DNA of 32,915 nucleotides from Candidatus Krumholzibacteriia bacterium (GTDB lineage Bacteria; Krumholzibacteriota; Krumholzibacteriia; LZORAL124-64-63): NCBI GenBank assembly GCA_036351155.1, contig JAZBOO010000066.1, positions 1 to 32,915 of the forward strand, read 5' to 3'. Shown piece by piece: positions 8,302 to 17,518 of this stretch (position 1 is its first letter; each line of letters starts with the position of its first letter). The notes under the pieces were generated by a model. It saw only the letters and a program-made list of their open reading frames with translations, ran no database searches and was not told where the DNA came from. The position numbers and the translations under genes were made by a program.

Positions 8302-8318
8302 AGCATAGATCTTGCCAA
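8302..8318 (-). promoter_or_regulatory. sigma54 (-24/-12) promoter of the acyl-CoA synthetase
   Basis: Minus strand TTGGCAAGATCTATGCT vs consensus YTGGCACGNNNNTTGCW. GG and GC are correctly spaced, about 55 nt upstream of ATG 8248. Confidence 0.65.
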
Positions 8319-8359
8319 TTCCCAGGGAGTCTTTGCCGGAACCTCGGCCGCGTTTGAGA

Positions 8360-8388
8360 TAGACATGGGCCAGGGTCGCCTTTATGTT
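8360..8388 (+). promoter_or_regulatory. Putative sigma70 promoter of the amidotransferase-methyltransferase operon
   Basis: TAGACA-17 nt-TATGTT, followed by a GGAG RBS (8425-8428) and ATG 8435. Confidence 0.55.
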
Positions 8389-8434
8389 GTTTTTTGTCAG
8401 AACCTTACCGAATCCAACGCACATGGAGACGCGC

Positions 8435-9577
8435 ATGAAGTACTGTAAAAATTGCCTGATGCCTGACACATTTCCAGGCATGGAGTTCGATAATAACGGC
8501 CTTTGTTCGGCCTGTGTGTACTCCCAGAACAGCCAGGAAGAGATCAACTGGGACCTGAGACGCCAGCAGCTGGAGGAAATTGCGAACACCGCCAAGGAAA
8601 AAGCCCAGGGCACCTGGGATTGTGCGGTGGGCGTCAGCGGAGGCAAGGACAGTACCTTCCAGGCCTTGTACGCCCGGGACGAGCTGGGTCTCAACTGTCT
8701 TCTGGTCAATTGCTACCCCGATGGGATCACCGAGGTCGGCAAGCAGAACCTGGAAAATCTGGTCAACCTGGGGTTCGACCTGGTGTCCCTGCGCCCCAAC
8801 CCGAAGGTGATGAAGGCCGTCATGCGGCGGGCGTTTTACGAGTACGGCAACCCGGTCAAGCCTTCGGAGTATCCCCTCTTTGCCGTCACCTACCAGACGG
8901 CCCTGGCCTACGGGATTCCCCTGATCATCCAGGGGGAAAACCCCGGACTGACCCTGGGCAGCACCAAGGGATACGGAAGCGACGACAACGCCTTCAACAT
9001 TGCGCGTGGCAACACTCTGCAGGGCGGCAAGGCCTCGGACTGGGAAGGGGACGGCATCGAGAAAAAGCATCTGCTGATGTACCAGTTCCCGGACCACGAA
9101 GTTCTGGAGAAATCAGGTATTCGGGCCATCTACCTGCAATACTATGCCAGGGAATGGTCGCCCGAAAACAACGCCGAGTTTTCCATTCAGCATGGTCTGC
9201 AGGGCCGCGAGGAACTGCCCTGGCTCCAGATCAGCAAGTATGCCAAGTACGGTTCGGTGGACAGTGACTTCCAGCTGTTCAACCCCATGATCAAGTACTA
9301 CAAGTTCGGGGAATCCCGCTGGACCGAGGCCTGCAGCAAGCAGATCAGGACCGGCGAAATCACGAGAGAAGAAGCCATCGCACGGGTCAAGAAATGGGAC
9401 GGCTACTGCGACGAGAAGCACATCCAGATCTGCTGCGACTACCTGGAAATTACGGTGGACGAATTCTGGCGGGTCATGGAAGAGAAATGGATCAACAAGA
9501 AACTGTTCCGCAAGGTCGGGCCGCGGCAGTGGGAGCCTCTTTTCACCCCTGGCACCGACTTCGACGAAAGCCGCTGA
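8435..9577 (+). CDS. N-acetyl sugar amidotransferase (WbuX/PseA-like, PP-loop)
   Basis: MKYCKNCLMP...GLCSAC N-terminus, DCAVGVSGGKDS PP-loop, LIIQGEN, KYYKFG and IRTGEITREEA. Confidence 0.88.
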   Translation: MKYCKNCLMPDTFPGMEFDNNGLCSACVYSQNSQEEINWDLRRQQLEEIANTAKEKAQGTWDCAVGVSGGKDSTFQALYARDELGLNCLLVNCYPDGITEVGKQNLENLVNLGFDLVSLRPNPKVMKAVMRRAFYEYGNPVKPSEYPLFAVTYQTALAYGIPLIIQGENPGLTLGSTKGYGSDDNAFNIARGNTLQGGKASDWEGDGIEKKHLLMYQFPDHEVLEKSGIRAIYLQYYAREWSPENNAEFSIQHGLQGREELPWLQISKYAKYGSVDSDFQLFNPMIKYYKFGESRWTEACSKQIRTGEITREEAIARVKKWDGYCDEKHIQICCDYLEITVDEFWRVMEEKWINKKLFRKVGPRQWEPLFTPGTDFDESR

Positions 9578-9583
9578 CACCCC

Positions 9584-10600
9584 ATGCGCGAAGAGGATAT
9601 CAGACCGGCCCAGCTCCAGGAAGAGCTGAAGGCATTGCTGACACGGGACCGCGAAAGATGGCTGCAGGACCGCGACGATTTCGTGCGCGTGGAATGCCCT
9701 GCCTGCGGACATCGCGAGACCATCAACCCCATCGACGTTCGGTCCTACACCTTCGAAACCTGTGCGGATTGTGAGACCGTGTTCTACAATCCCCGGCCCA
9801 CCATGGAGCACATGCACCGCTACTATGCGGAGGCACAAAGTTACACGTTCTGGGCCAACCGGATCTTCCCGGAAACCGAGGACGCTCGTCGGAGAAACAT
9901 CTTTCAGCCCATGGCCGACAGGGTGGCCTCATACGCCCGGAAGCTGGGTGTGGCCGGCGGAACCATGGTGGAGGTGGGGGCGGGTTTCGGCATCTTTGCC
10001 CAGGAAATTCGGCAGCGGGGAATCTTTGACCGGGTCATTGCGGTGGAGCCCACCCCCGACCTGGCCCGCAAGTGCCGAGACAAGGATCTGGAAACCCTGG
10101 AGCTCCCCTACGAGCAACTGGATCTGCCGGCCGGTTCGGTGAACTGTGTGGCCTCGTTCGAGGTGATCGAGCATCTGTTCGCCCCCAAGACTTTCCTCGC
10201 AACGTGTCATCGCCTGCTGCGCCCCAGCGGGTTGCTGATCCTGACCTGTCCCAATGTCAAGGGGTTCGACTTCACTGTTCTGGGTGTGGAAAACGCTCCG
10301 AATTTCGGCCTTGAGCACATCAACATGTTCCACCCCCGCTCTCTCCGCAGGCTGGTCGAAGCCCACGGCTTCAAGGTGGAAGACCTGTGCACGCCCGGTC
10401 AGCTGGATGCCGACATTGTCCGCAATCAGGCCTTGCAGGGCAAGTTTGACCTCTCGGGGCACCCCTTCCTGAAGCGGGTGTTGATGGACGAATGGGAAAA
10501 CCTGGGCCCCGGCTTCCAGAAATTCCTGTCCGACCATCAGCTTTCTTCCAGCATGATGGTGGTGGCGCGCAAAATCGGCACTCCGGGGGACCACGCCTGA
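9584..10600 (+). CDS. Class I SAM-dependent methyltransferase with N-terminal Zn ribbon
   Basis: CPAC/CADC pairs, VEVGAGFG, FEVIEHL, LTCPN and EHINMF. Confidence 0.88.
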   Translation: MREEDIRPAQLQEELKALLTRDRERWLQDRDDFVRVECPACGHRETINPIDVRSYTFETCADCETVFYNPRPTMEHMHRYYAEAQSYTFWANRIFPETEDARRRNIFQPMADRVASYARKLGVAGGTMVEVGAGFGIFAQEIRQRGIFDRVIAVEPTPDLARKCRDKDLETLELPYEQLDLPAGSVNCVASFEVIEHLFAPKTFLATCHRLLRPSGLLILTCPNVKGFDFTVLGVENAPNFGLEHINMFHPRSLRRLVEAHGFKVEDLCTPGQLDADIVRNQALQGKFDLSGHPFLKRVLMDEWENLGPGFQKFLSDHQLSSSMMVVARKIGTPGDHA

Positions 10601-12852
10601 TGGCCGGCTACTCTCATGTCCCCTGCGCGGTGTGCGGCAGCGAAGAGTGGCAATGCGTCTACTCGTCCCGCCAGAACGTGAGCGATGTGGCCGGCGAAGT
10701 TTCCGTGGATCTGGCCATGTGCCTGAGCTGTGGGTTCCTCTTCAATAACCCCCAGCCCGATCAGGAGTTGCTGGACGCACACTACGCCATCAACTCCTCC
10801 GGGGTGGTGTTCAAGGAAGTGGGCCCCGACTCGAGAACCGGACGCTTGACTCGGTTGCGTCATGAGTTCGTGACCGGTCAGCTGGTTGGCGGTTCCCCGG
10901 GACGCATCCTGGATGTCGGTTGCGGCAACGGGTTCTTCCTGCAAAGCCTGGACGCCCCCGGCTGGCACAAGACAGGGATCGACCTCGCGCCACAGCGCGG
11001 CCGGAACGTGGCAGATCAGGAAATCGAGCTGGTGACGGGCAACATTCTCGACTTCGCGCCCGATCAGCTGTTCGACATCATCACCTGCTTCAGTGCCTTC
11101 GAGCACTTTCGACTGCCGGATGTCATGCTGCGCAAGCTGCGCTCATTGTTGAAACCCAACGGCCGCGTCATCATCGATGTGCCGGACACCGCCCATCCGG
11201 TTCCGGGGCTGGAGGAGTTTTTCTGCTTCGAGCATCTGTCCTCCTTCACCCGCCCCACCCTCACCATGTTTTTCAACAACAACGGGTTCGAGGTTCTGGA
11301 TTTTGCCCAGCCCACTCCCGAGTTTCAGAGTCTCCTTTGTTCCGCCCGTCCCACGGAAGCCCGGCTTCAGCAGATGGTCGAGGACCCCAGCCGGGTGCAG
11401 CAGATCATCGGCGATTTTCGGACCGCCAACGAAAGCCTGCAGGAAACCATCCGGGAGAAGTTGAAAACGGCACTGGCTCCCATCGAGAAAGAGGGCGGCC
11501 GAATTGCCGTCTACGGGGCCGGCTTTCACAATTACTTTCTGTTCAACCTGTATCCCTTCGAGGATCTGGTGGCCATGTTCATCGATGGCGATCAGAACAA
11601 GTGGGGCCAGGAACTCCGGGGCAAGCCCATCGTCTCGCCGCAGGAAATCGCCACTCTGCCCGTTCAGGCCATCCTGATTTCCTCGCACCATTTCGAGAAC
11701 GAGATTTTTGACACGATTGCCCGATTCAACCAGGCTCAGCTCCCGGTGTTCAAGCTCTACGAGGAGGAGCATGGCGCCCGCTCATCCGGCACGGTGGTAT
11801 GCCTGGCCGCGGGCCCGGCCCAGATTCCGGTCATCCGCAAGGCGCAGGAACTGGGGTACCAGGTCATTGCTGTGGATCGGGACCCCGAAGCCCCCGGACT
11901 GGCCCAGGCCGACAGGCAAATCCTGGCCAGCACCTACGAATCTCAACCCATCATCGATCAGCTGAGAGACCTGTCCCTCGATGGCGAGTTGCGCGGGGTC
12001 ATCAACAGATCTTCGGGTATTCCCGTCCTGACCGCCGCCGCAATATCGCAGGCCTTCAACCTGCCGTCGCCTACCCGGGCGGTTGCCGAGCAGTTGACCA
12101 GCAAGTCATCATTGCTCGAGACCTGCAGGCAAGGGGGCATCGCTGTGCCCGCCTTCCAGTCTCTGGCCGCCCACGAAGAGCCTGATCAGGAGGCCATTTC
12201 ATTTCCCTGTGTGGTCAAGCCGGCCATTTCGCTGGTGGGAAAATCCGGCATCCACCTGGTGAAGAACCCCGCCCAGCTGCCCGCCGCTCTGGCCGCTGCC
12301 CGCCGGGCTTCAATGAACGGGTGGGTCAACATCGAGGATTTCGTGCCCGGATCAGATGTTTCCCTGGTGGCGGTGGTCACGGGCGAGAAAGTTTACCCGT
12401 TGCTGTGGAAAGATGAACTGAACTCATTTCAGAGCGACGGGACTGTCCAGTTTGCCGGAGTGGCCGTCCCCTCGGTTTATGCGGGGCGCCCCGAGGCCGA
12501 GAAGATTCTCCGGATGGCTGAAAAGCTGGCGCAGCATTTGCCGCTGGGACGGACGGTCCTCAATCTTTCGTGCCGTTGTGAACCGGGCGGTGATCCCGTG
12601 ATCACCGAGGTGCATCTCGACCTGGGCGGCGACCATTTTTTCGAGGGGTTGCTCCCCCACTGCACATCCGACGACATGCTGGGAAATCTGATCCGGTTCC
12701 TGACCGGATCCAGGGCCAGTCTGCCCCAGATCAACCTTCAGCCGACCGCACTGGTTTTTTTCGAAGATGACCAGGGGTCCCCCACGCGTCCCTTCACCAT
12801 CATCAAGGCCTCCAGCCGGGCGGAGTTGAGCCGCCTGCTGGACCAGCACTAG
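10600..12852 (+). CDS. SAM methyltransferase + Rossmann domain + ATP-grasp fusion protein, 750 aa
   Basis: Start reassigned to ATG 10600 (TGATG coupling). CAVC/CLSC, LDVGCGNG, FEHF, IAVYGAGFH; then CLAAGPAQIPVIRKAQELG, FPCVVKP...GKSGI and IEDFVPG (ATP-grasp). Confidence 0.8.
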   Translation: MAGYSHVPCAVCGSEEWQCVYSSRQNVSDVAGEVSVDLAMCLSCGFLFNNPQPDQELLDAHYAINSSGVVFKEVGPDSRTGRLTRLRHEFVTGQLVGGSPGRILDVGCGNGFFLQSLDAPGWHKTGIDLAPQRGRNVADQEIELVTGNILDFAPDQLFDIITCFSAFEHFRLPDVMLRKLRSLLKPNGRVIIDVPDTAHPVPGLEEFFCFEHLSSFTRPTLTMFFNNNGFEVLDFAQPTPEFQSLLCSARPTEARLQQMVEDPSRVQQIIGDFRTANESLQETIREKLKTALAPIEKEGGRIAVYGAGFHNYFLFNLYPFEDLVAMFIDGDQNKWGQELRGKPIVSPQEIATLPVQAILISSHHFENEIFDTIARFNQAQLPVFKLYEEEHGARSSGTVVCLAAGPAQIPVIRKAQELGYQVIAVDRDPEAPGLAQADRQILASTYESQPIIDQLRDLSLDGELRGVINRSSGIPVLTAAAISQAFNLPSPTRAVAEQLTSKSSLLETCRQGGIAVPAFQSLAAHEEPDQEAISFPCVVKPAISLVGKSGIHLVKNPAQLPAALAAARRASMNGWVNIEDFVPGSDVSLVAVVTGEKVYPLLWKDELNSFQSDGTVQFAGVAVPSVYAGRPEAEKILRMAEKLAQHLPLGRTVLNLSCRCEPGGDPVITEVHLDLGGDHFFEGLLPHCTSDDMLGNLIRFLTGSRASLPQINLQPTALVFFEDDQGSPTRPFTIIKASSRAELSRLLDQH

Positions 12853-14060
12853 TACTCCACGTTTTCCCTCAGGCAGGACAAGAAGTTGTCCAGCGCCCGG
12901 TCCACTTCTTCTTGATCGCTCCCCACCTGCCACACGAAACCCGCCACCTGGGTGTTGTTGGTCAAGGTGACGATTTGACGCGGACCACGTGGACGGACGA
13001 AAAACCCTGTCACCCCGGCTTGACGGCCGGCCAGCGCCGCGGCCTGGTCCAGGTTGGTGATGCGGCCCGGTTCAAGGTCGAACACCCGCCAGCCGCACAC
13101 GGTGGTGTCGGCCTCCAGGGCATTCAGCTTGTCCTCGGGTACACGGCCCGAGTACAGCGCCTCGAAATAGATTTGCAGGTGACTCGATCCCGTGCGGTAA
13201 AAGGTGGTATGGGAAGTGCCCACATCGCCGTGGAAGCGGGGGCTCACCTCGATGACCTGAAGGCCCTCGGGGCCCAGAATGAAATCGCCCTTCACCGGGC
13301 CGCAAGTCAACCCCAGGCTACGCGCCGCCGCTTCGAAAATGCGATGGATCTCGGCCTTCTGATCCTGGCTGAAGGCGACCGGTTCATGGCCACCCAGAGG
13401 CACCCGGAAGGGGGCCGGCGAGAAATGGCGCTCGGACAACCCACAGGGATAAAAAACCTGGTCATGAAAGAAGGCGTTGCCGTCAATGTGTCGGCCTTCC
13501 ACGAACTTTTCCACCAGGATTCCCTTGTCCGTGGAGAATTTTTCGGCTTCGGCCAGTGCTCCGTCCAGGCTGGCCAGGTCTTCCAGGATTTGAATACCCT
13601 GGCTGCCGCTGCTGCCCTGGGGCTTGATCATCACCGGAAGACCGAACCGATGCACCAGATCCTCGGCCTGCTTCCGATTTTCGGCCACGCCGTGCTCCGG
13701 GGTGGGCACCCCATCGGCCAGCCAGCAGCATTTCATCCGTGATTTATCCAGGCCGTTGCCCACCGCCTCCAGGGTGTTGCCCTCGATCCCCAGGGCCCGG
13801 GCCACCGCCGTGGCCGCATTGACACCCAGGTCGTTCCCCGAATACACCGCGGTGATGTTCAGCTGAGCTTGATGATCCAGGGCCCAGTCCGTCATGGCGG
13901 CCACTTCGGACCCGGAAATCTGGACGGCATGGTCGGCCAGGCTCAGGGAAGGAGCTGAGGGATCTCGATCCGTCACCACGACATGGTACCCCGCCTCGCG
14001 GGCCCAGCGAATCTGGTTGAGCCCGATTTCCCCCACCCCGATCAGAAGGATCGATTTCAA
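12849..14060 (-). CDS. ATP-grasp domain protein (putative amide ligase)
   Basis: DKSRMK...GVPTP, LPVMIKPQGSSGSQG, LVEKFVEG and IEVSPRFHG. TTG start overlaps the upstream stop. Confidence 0.85.
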   Translation of the reverse strand: MKSILLIGVGEIGLNQIRWAREAGYHVVVTDRDPSAPSLSLADHAVQISGSEVAAMTDWALDHQAQLNITAVYSGNDLGVNAATAVARALGIEGNTLEAVGNGLDKSRMKCCWLADGVPTPEHGVAENRKQAEDLVHRFGLPVMIKPQGSSGSQGIQILEDLASLDGALAEAEKFSTDKGILVEKFVEGRHIDGNAFFHDQVFYPCGLSERHFSPAPFRVPLGGHEPVAFSQDQKAEIHRIFEAAARSLGLTCGPVKGDFILGPEGLQVIEVSPRFHGDVGTSHTTFYRTGSSHLQIYFEALYSGRVPEDKLNALEADTTVCGWRVFDLEPGRITNLDQAAALAGRQAGVTGFFVRPRGPRQIVTLTNNTQVAGFVWQVGSDQEEVDRALDNFLSCLRENVEY

Positions 14061-14791
14061 CTCTTCACCCAGGCACCGCCATTGATGCTGATGGTCTGGG
14101 CGGTCAGGTACGACGACTCGTCACTGCCCAGGTAGATCGCCGCCCCGGTCATCTCTTCGACCCGGGCAAACCGCTTGATCAACATCAGGGAAAAGGCGGT
14201 CTTCTTGACATCTTCCGACATGGTTTTCTCGGTGAATTCATTGCCGATCACACCGGGGGACAGTGTATTGACGCAGATGTTCCGGTGGCCCAGGAAACGC
14301 GCCAGGTTGTGCGTCAGGGCCGTCAAGCCCTGCTTGGCGCAGGCATACGAGGGTGTGCGGGGCCCACCGTACTCGCCGGAAAGAGATCCGATATTGATGA
14401 TCCGCCCATGATCCCGGATGAAGGGCAAAACCTCCTGGCAGCAGCGGAACACTCCGGTGAGGTTCACATCGAGGACCTCGTTCCATTCTTCCTCGGTCTG
14501 CTTGTCGAAATCGGCCGTACGGTTGATCCCGGCATTGTTCACCAGGATGTCGATGTGGCCGTGGTGCGCCCCCACCTTCTGGAAGAAGGCGCGCACGTTG
14601 TCGCGGCTGCGGACATCCAGGGGCAAAACCAGCTCCGCACCGATCTCCTGACCAATTTCTTCCGCGGCGTCCTTCTTGGTGAGATAGGTGACCACCACCT
14701 TGGCTCCTTCGGCCGCATAGCTGCGCGCAATCGCTTCACCGATGCCGCTGCTCGACCCGGTCACCACCGCCACTTTTCCCTGAAGTCTCAT
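14057..14791 (-). CDS. Short-chain dehydrogenase/reductase (classical SDR)
   Basis: Start ATG 14791 (ATGA overlap). [14 protein letters not shown] and YACAK catalytic motif. Confidence 0.9.
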   Translation of the reverse strand: MRLQGKVAVVTGSSSGIGEAIARSYAAEGAKVVVTYLTKKDAAEEIGQEIGAELVLPLDVRSRDNVRAFFQKVGAHHGHIDILVNNAGINRTADFDKQTEEEWNEVLDVNLTGVFRCCQEVLPFIRDHGRIINIGSLSGEYGGPRTPSYACAKQGLTALTHNLARFLGHRNICVNTLSPGVIGNEFTEKTMSEDVKKTAFSLMLIKRFARVEEMTGAAIYLGSDESSYLTAQTISINGGAWVKS

Positions 14792-15453
14792 TTGAAATAC
14801 TCTCTCTTTTCCTGAGGCAGCTTTTCCCATTCGGCCAGGAAGCCCTTCAGGCTCACCTCGGTCAGTTCGCTTTCCATCATGGCGTCCAGAACCTCGGGCG
14901 GAATGGTGGCGATATGGGCACCAGCCAGGGCGGCATATTTCACGTAGATCTCGTTGCGCATGCTGGCAGCCAGCACCTTGCTCTCCATTCCGTGGATGGA
15001 GAAGATCTGCACGATTTCCTCGATGAGCTCACTCCCACCGGTGGAGGTGGCATCCAGGCGCCCCACGAACGGACTGACGTAGGTGGCCCCCGCCTTGGCC
15101 GCCAGCCAGGCCTGATTGGCCGTGTAGACAATGGTGAAATTGGTCTTGATTCCTTCCTTGCTGACCACGTTGAGGGCCTCGTAACCCGCCTTGGTGGCCG
15201 GAATCTTGACCACGATGTTCTTGTGCAGCTTGTTGATCAGGCGGGCTTCCTGGATCATGCTCTCGGCATCCAGGCTGATGACCTCGGTGCTGACCGGACC
15301 ATCGACGATGGTGCAGATCTCGTCCACGACCTCGCGAAAATCCCGCCCTTCCCTGGCAATCAGGGCCGGGTTGGTGGTCACCCCGTCGATCAGACCCAGT
15401 CGGGCGAATCGGCGGATATCTTCCACGTTGGCTGTATCCAGAAAAATCTGCAT
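14788..15453 (-). CDS. Transaldolase / fructose-6-phosphate aldolase family protein (TalC/MipB type)
   Basis: FLDTAN, GVTTNP, VVKIP Schiff-base Lys and YVSPFVGR. Confidence 0.9.
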   Translation of the reverse strand: MQIFLDTANVEDIRRFARLGLIDGVTTNPALIAREGRDFREVVDEICTIVDGPVSTEVISLDAESMIQEARLINKLHKNIVVKIPATKAGYEALNVVSKEGIKTNFTIVYTANQAWLAAKAGATYVSPFVGRLDATSTGGSELIEEIVQIFSIHGMESKVLAASMRNEIYVKYAALAGAHIATIPPEVLDAMMESELTEVSLKGFLAEWEKLPQEKREYFK

Positions 15454-15463
15454 CCTGAACTCC

Positions 15464-16285
15464 TTATTGAAGAAAATCGGTGAAGGATCGGACCTCTTCC
15501 TTCAGCAATCTGTTGCCGTACTCCCCGGCCGGGATCACACCCTCGATGACCATGTTCAGGTTGTCGATGGTCGCCAGCGGACCCAGGCTCAACCCGACCT
15601 CGTATTGCCCCATGGACAGGAGGCTGTGGTTCGTGTGGAAACCCGGCCCCATCTCGTCGGGGTCATACAGGTTTCCCCTCTGAGAGATATGAACCTCCAC
15701 GGTTCGCTCCGCAAACATTTCGATGTATTTTTCCAGGGGCGGCTCACCGGCCGGTTCCATGCCGGCGATGTGCGCCGTGTCCAGAACCAGTCCCAGGTAC
15801 TCGTGTCGCGCCAGAAGATCCTGGATGCTCTTCAAGGTGTTGAAGCTGCCACATTCTTCATCCAGAACCTCGGCCGCCACATAGAAATCTTCGTGGACCA
15901 GGGGCAGGAACACCTCGAAATCGGTCACCAGATCCGGATGGATGCACAGGCCCTGCAACGCCCCCTGCGCCCTTCTCTCCAGGCAATACTGGATCAGATC
16001 CTGCGTATGTCCGTTGAACCCCAGCGGATAATCCCTGCTGCTGTGCAGGTGATAGATCACCGCGGGAAAACGGGACGTGGCCTGCGCAATGGCCGTCAGC
16101 AACTCATCCTCACCCTCGACGAAAAACCGGGCATCCAGGGTGATTTCCAGGTTCAAATTCAACCCTTCGGCCAGGGCGACGCCCCGCTGCAGACGCTCCA
16201 GAAGATTCCGCCGGTTGCCCGGCAAGATGGCCACGGCATCCCGGAGGAAAAAGCGGCGTGGGGACTGTCGGGGACCTTGAACCAT
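15464..16285 (-). CDS. Hypothetical metal-dependent TIM-barrel protein (xylose isomerase-like/AP endonuclease 2 fold)
   Basis: Spaced metal-ligand motifs HLHS, IHPD, AEVL, VLDTAH, EVHIS and VIEG. Tightly packed in the operon. Confidence 0.55.
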   Translation of the reverse strand: MVQGPRQSPRRFFLRDAVAILPGNRRNLLERLQRGVALAEGLNLNLEITLDARFFVEGEDELLTAIAQATSRFPAVIYHLHSSRDYPLGFNGHTQDLIQYCLERRAQGALQGLCIHPDLVTDFEVFLPLVHEDFYVAAEVLDEECGSFNTLKSIQDLLARHEYLGLVLDTAHIAGMEPAGEPPLEKYIEMFAERTVEVHISQRGNLYDPDEMGPGFHTNHSLLSMGQYEVGLSLGPLATIDNLNMVIEGVIPAGEYGNRLLKEEVRSFTDFLQ

Positions 16286-16288
16286 GAG

Positions 16289-17518
16289 TCAGATCGGCTC
16301 CGTGATGATCTGCACCCTGGAGACCGCCTCCAGGACACGCTTTTCGGCCTCGGCGTGGTCTTTTCCGGTCATGATGACACATCCCGCCCGTCTGGTGTGG
16401 TTGGTCATCTTGCCAATGATTTCGCCGACGGCCGTGTACATTTTCTTGAGGATCAACCCGTCCATTTCGTCCAGCTGGTCGAAGCCCCTGATTTCCTTGA
16501 CCACACCCGGCTCGGGCAGGAAAAACCGGATGGCCGCCGACTGCCGGTATCGCGGCACCAGCTGGCTGGTGTCGATGGTCCAGCCCAAGGCCAGGCGGAT
16601 GGCCTGCTCCACCAGGTTCACCCCATGAACCGCCGGGATCGAATGAGATACCGCGTACCCCCCACCCATGCGGGCGGCGAACTCGATGATCTTTACTCCC
16701 TCCGGAGTCATCACCAGATCGCCCTTGATAAAGCCGTCGGAAATCCCGTAGGAATCGGCCACTCTCTGGATGACTTCGGTCAATTCAGCTTCTTCGGCGG
16801 AGGTGAGAAGTGCCGGCAACCACCCCCCGTTTTCGATGATATGGGGGGCAAACCTCTCCAGGTGCTCGTAATTGCGCCCCGAAAACATGGCCGTGTGAGC
16901 CACACCCTCGACCACGATGGTTTCCGAACTGATCTGCGGCCCATGCAGGTACTTCTGGATCAGGATCTTCTTCTGGCCACCCACACTTTCCACTTCGTCG
17001 AAAGCCTGGCCCAGGGTGCACGGGTCGGTGACCCGCAAAACGCCGCGGCCCCCACGTCCCACCACCGGCTTGGTGATGACGGGGTATCCCCATTTTTTGG
17101 CCAGGATTTCCGCCTGTTGCACGGTCTCGACCAGAGCGAACTCGGGTACGGGCAGACCGTCCAGATGAAACTTCTGGATCTGCGCGTACTTGTCCGTCCC
17201 CAGCACCGCCGATTCCTCGCTGATCCCCGGCAGCCCCAGGACCCTGGCCACACGGGCCACCGTCAAAGGAGCGTCACAGGCCAGGGTCATGACCCCGTCG
17301 ATGGGATGGACCTGATGATAAGCCAGGACCTCGGTCACGGTTTCGTCCGGGTCGTAGGTGCTGGCCACGATCCGATCGACCGGCAGGGAAAATGCCGGGG
17401 CCTCGGGGTTCATGTCCGACCCCACAACCTTCAGGCCCATGTCCAGAGCCAGGCGGTAGGCCGGCCATTGTTCTTCACCCGCGCCGATGATCAGCAGACG
17501 TCGGTTCTCAGGTTTCAA
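16289..17518 (-). CDS. ATP-grasp domain protein (putative amide ligase)
   Basis: IIGAGEEQ, DKYAQ...GLPVP, GYPVITKPVVGRGGRGV and IIEFAARMGG. Confidence 0.87.
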   Translation of the reverse strand: MKPENRRLLIIGAGEEQWPAYRLALDMGLKVVGSDMNPEAPAFSLPVDRIVASTYDPDETVTEVLAYHQVHPIDGVMTLACDAPLTVARVARVLGLPGISEESAVLGTDKYAQIQKFHLDGLPVPEFALVETVQQAEILAKKWGYPVITKPVVGRGGRGVLRVTDPCTLGQAFDEVESVGGQKKILIQKYLHGPQISSETIVVEGVAHTAMFSGRNYEHLERFAPHIIENGGWLPALLTSAEEAELTEVIQRVADSYGISDGFIKGDLVMTPEGVKIIEFAARMGGGYAVSHSIPAVHGVNLVEQAIRLALGWTIDTSQLVPRYRQSAAIRFFLPEPGVVKEIRGFDQLDEMDGLILKKMYTAVGEIIGKMTNHTRRAGCVIMTGKDHAEAEKRVLEAVSRVQIITEPI

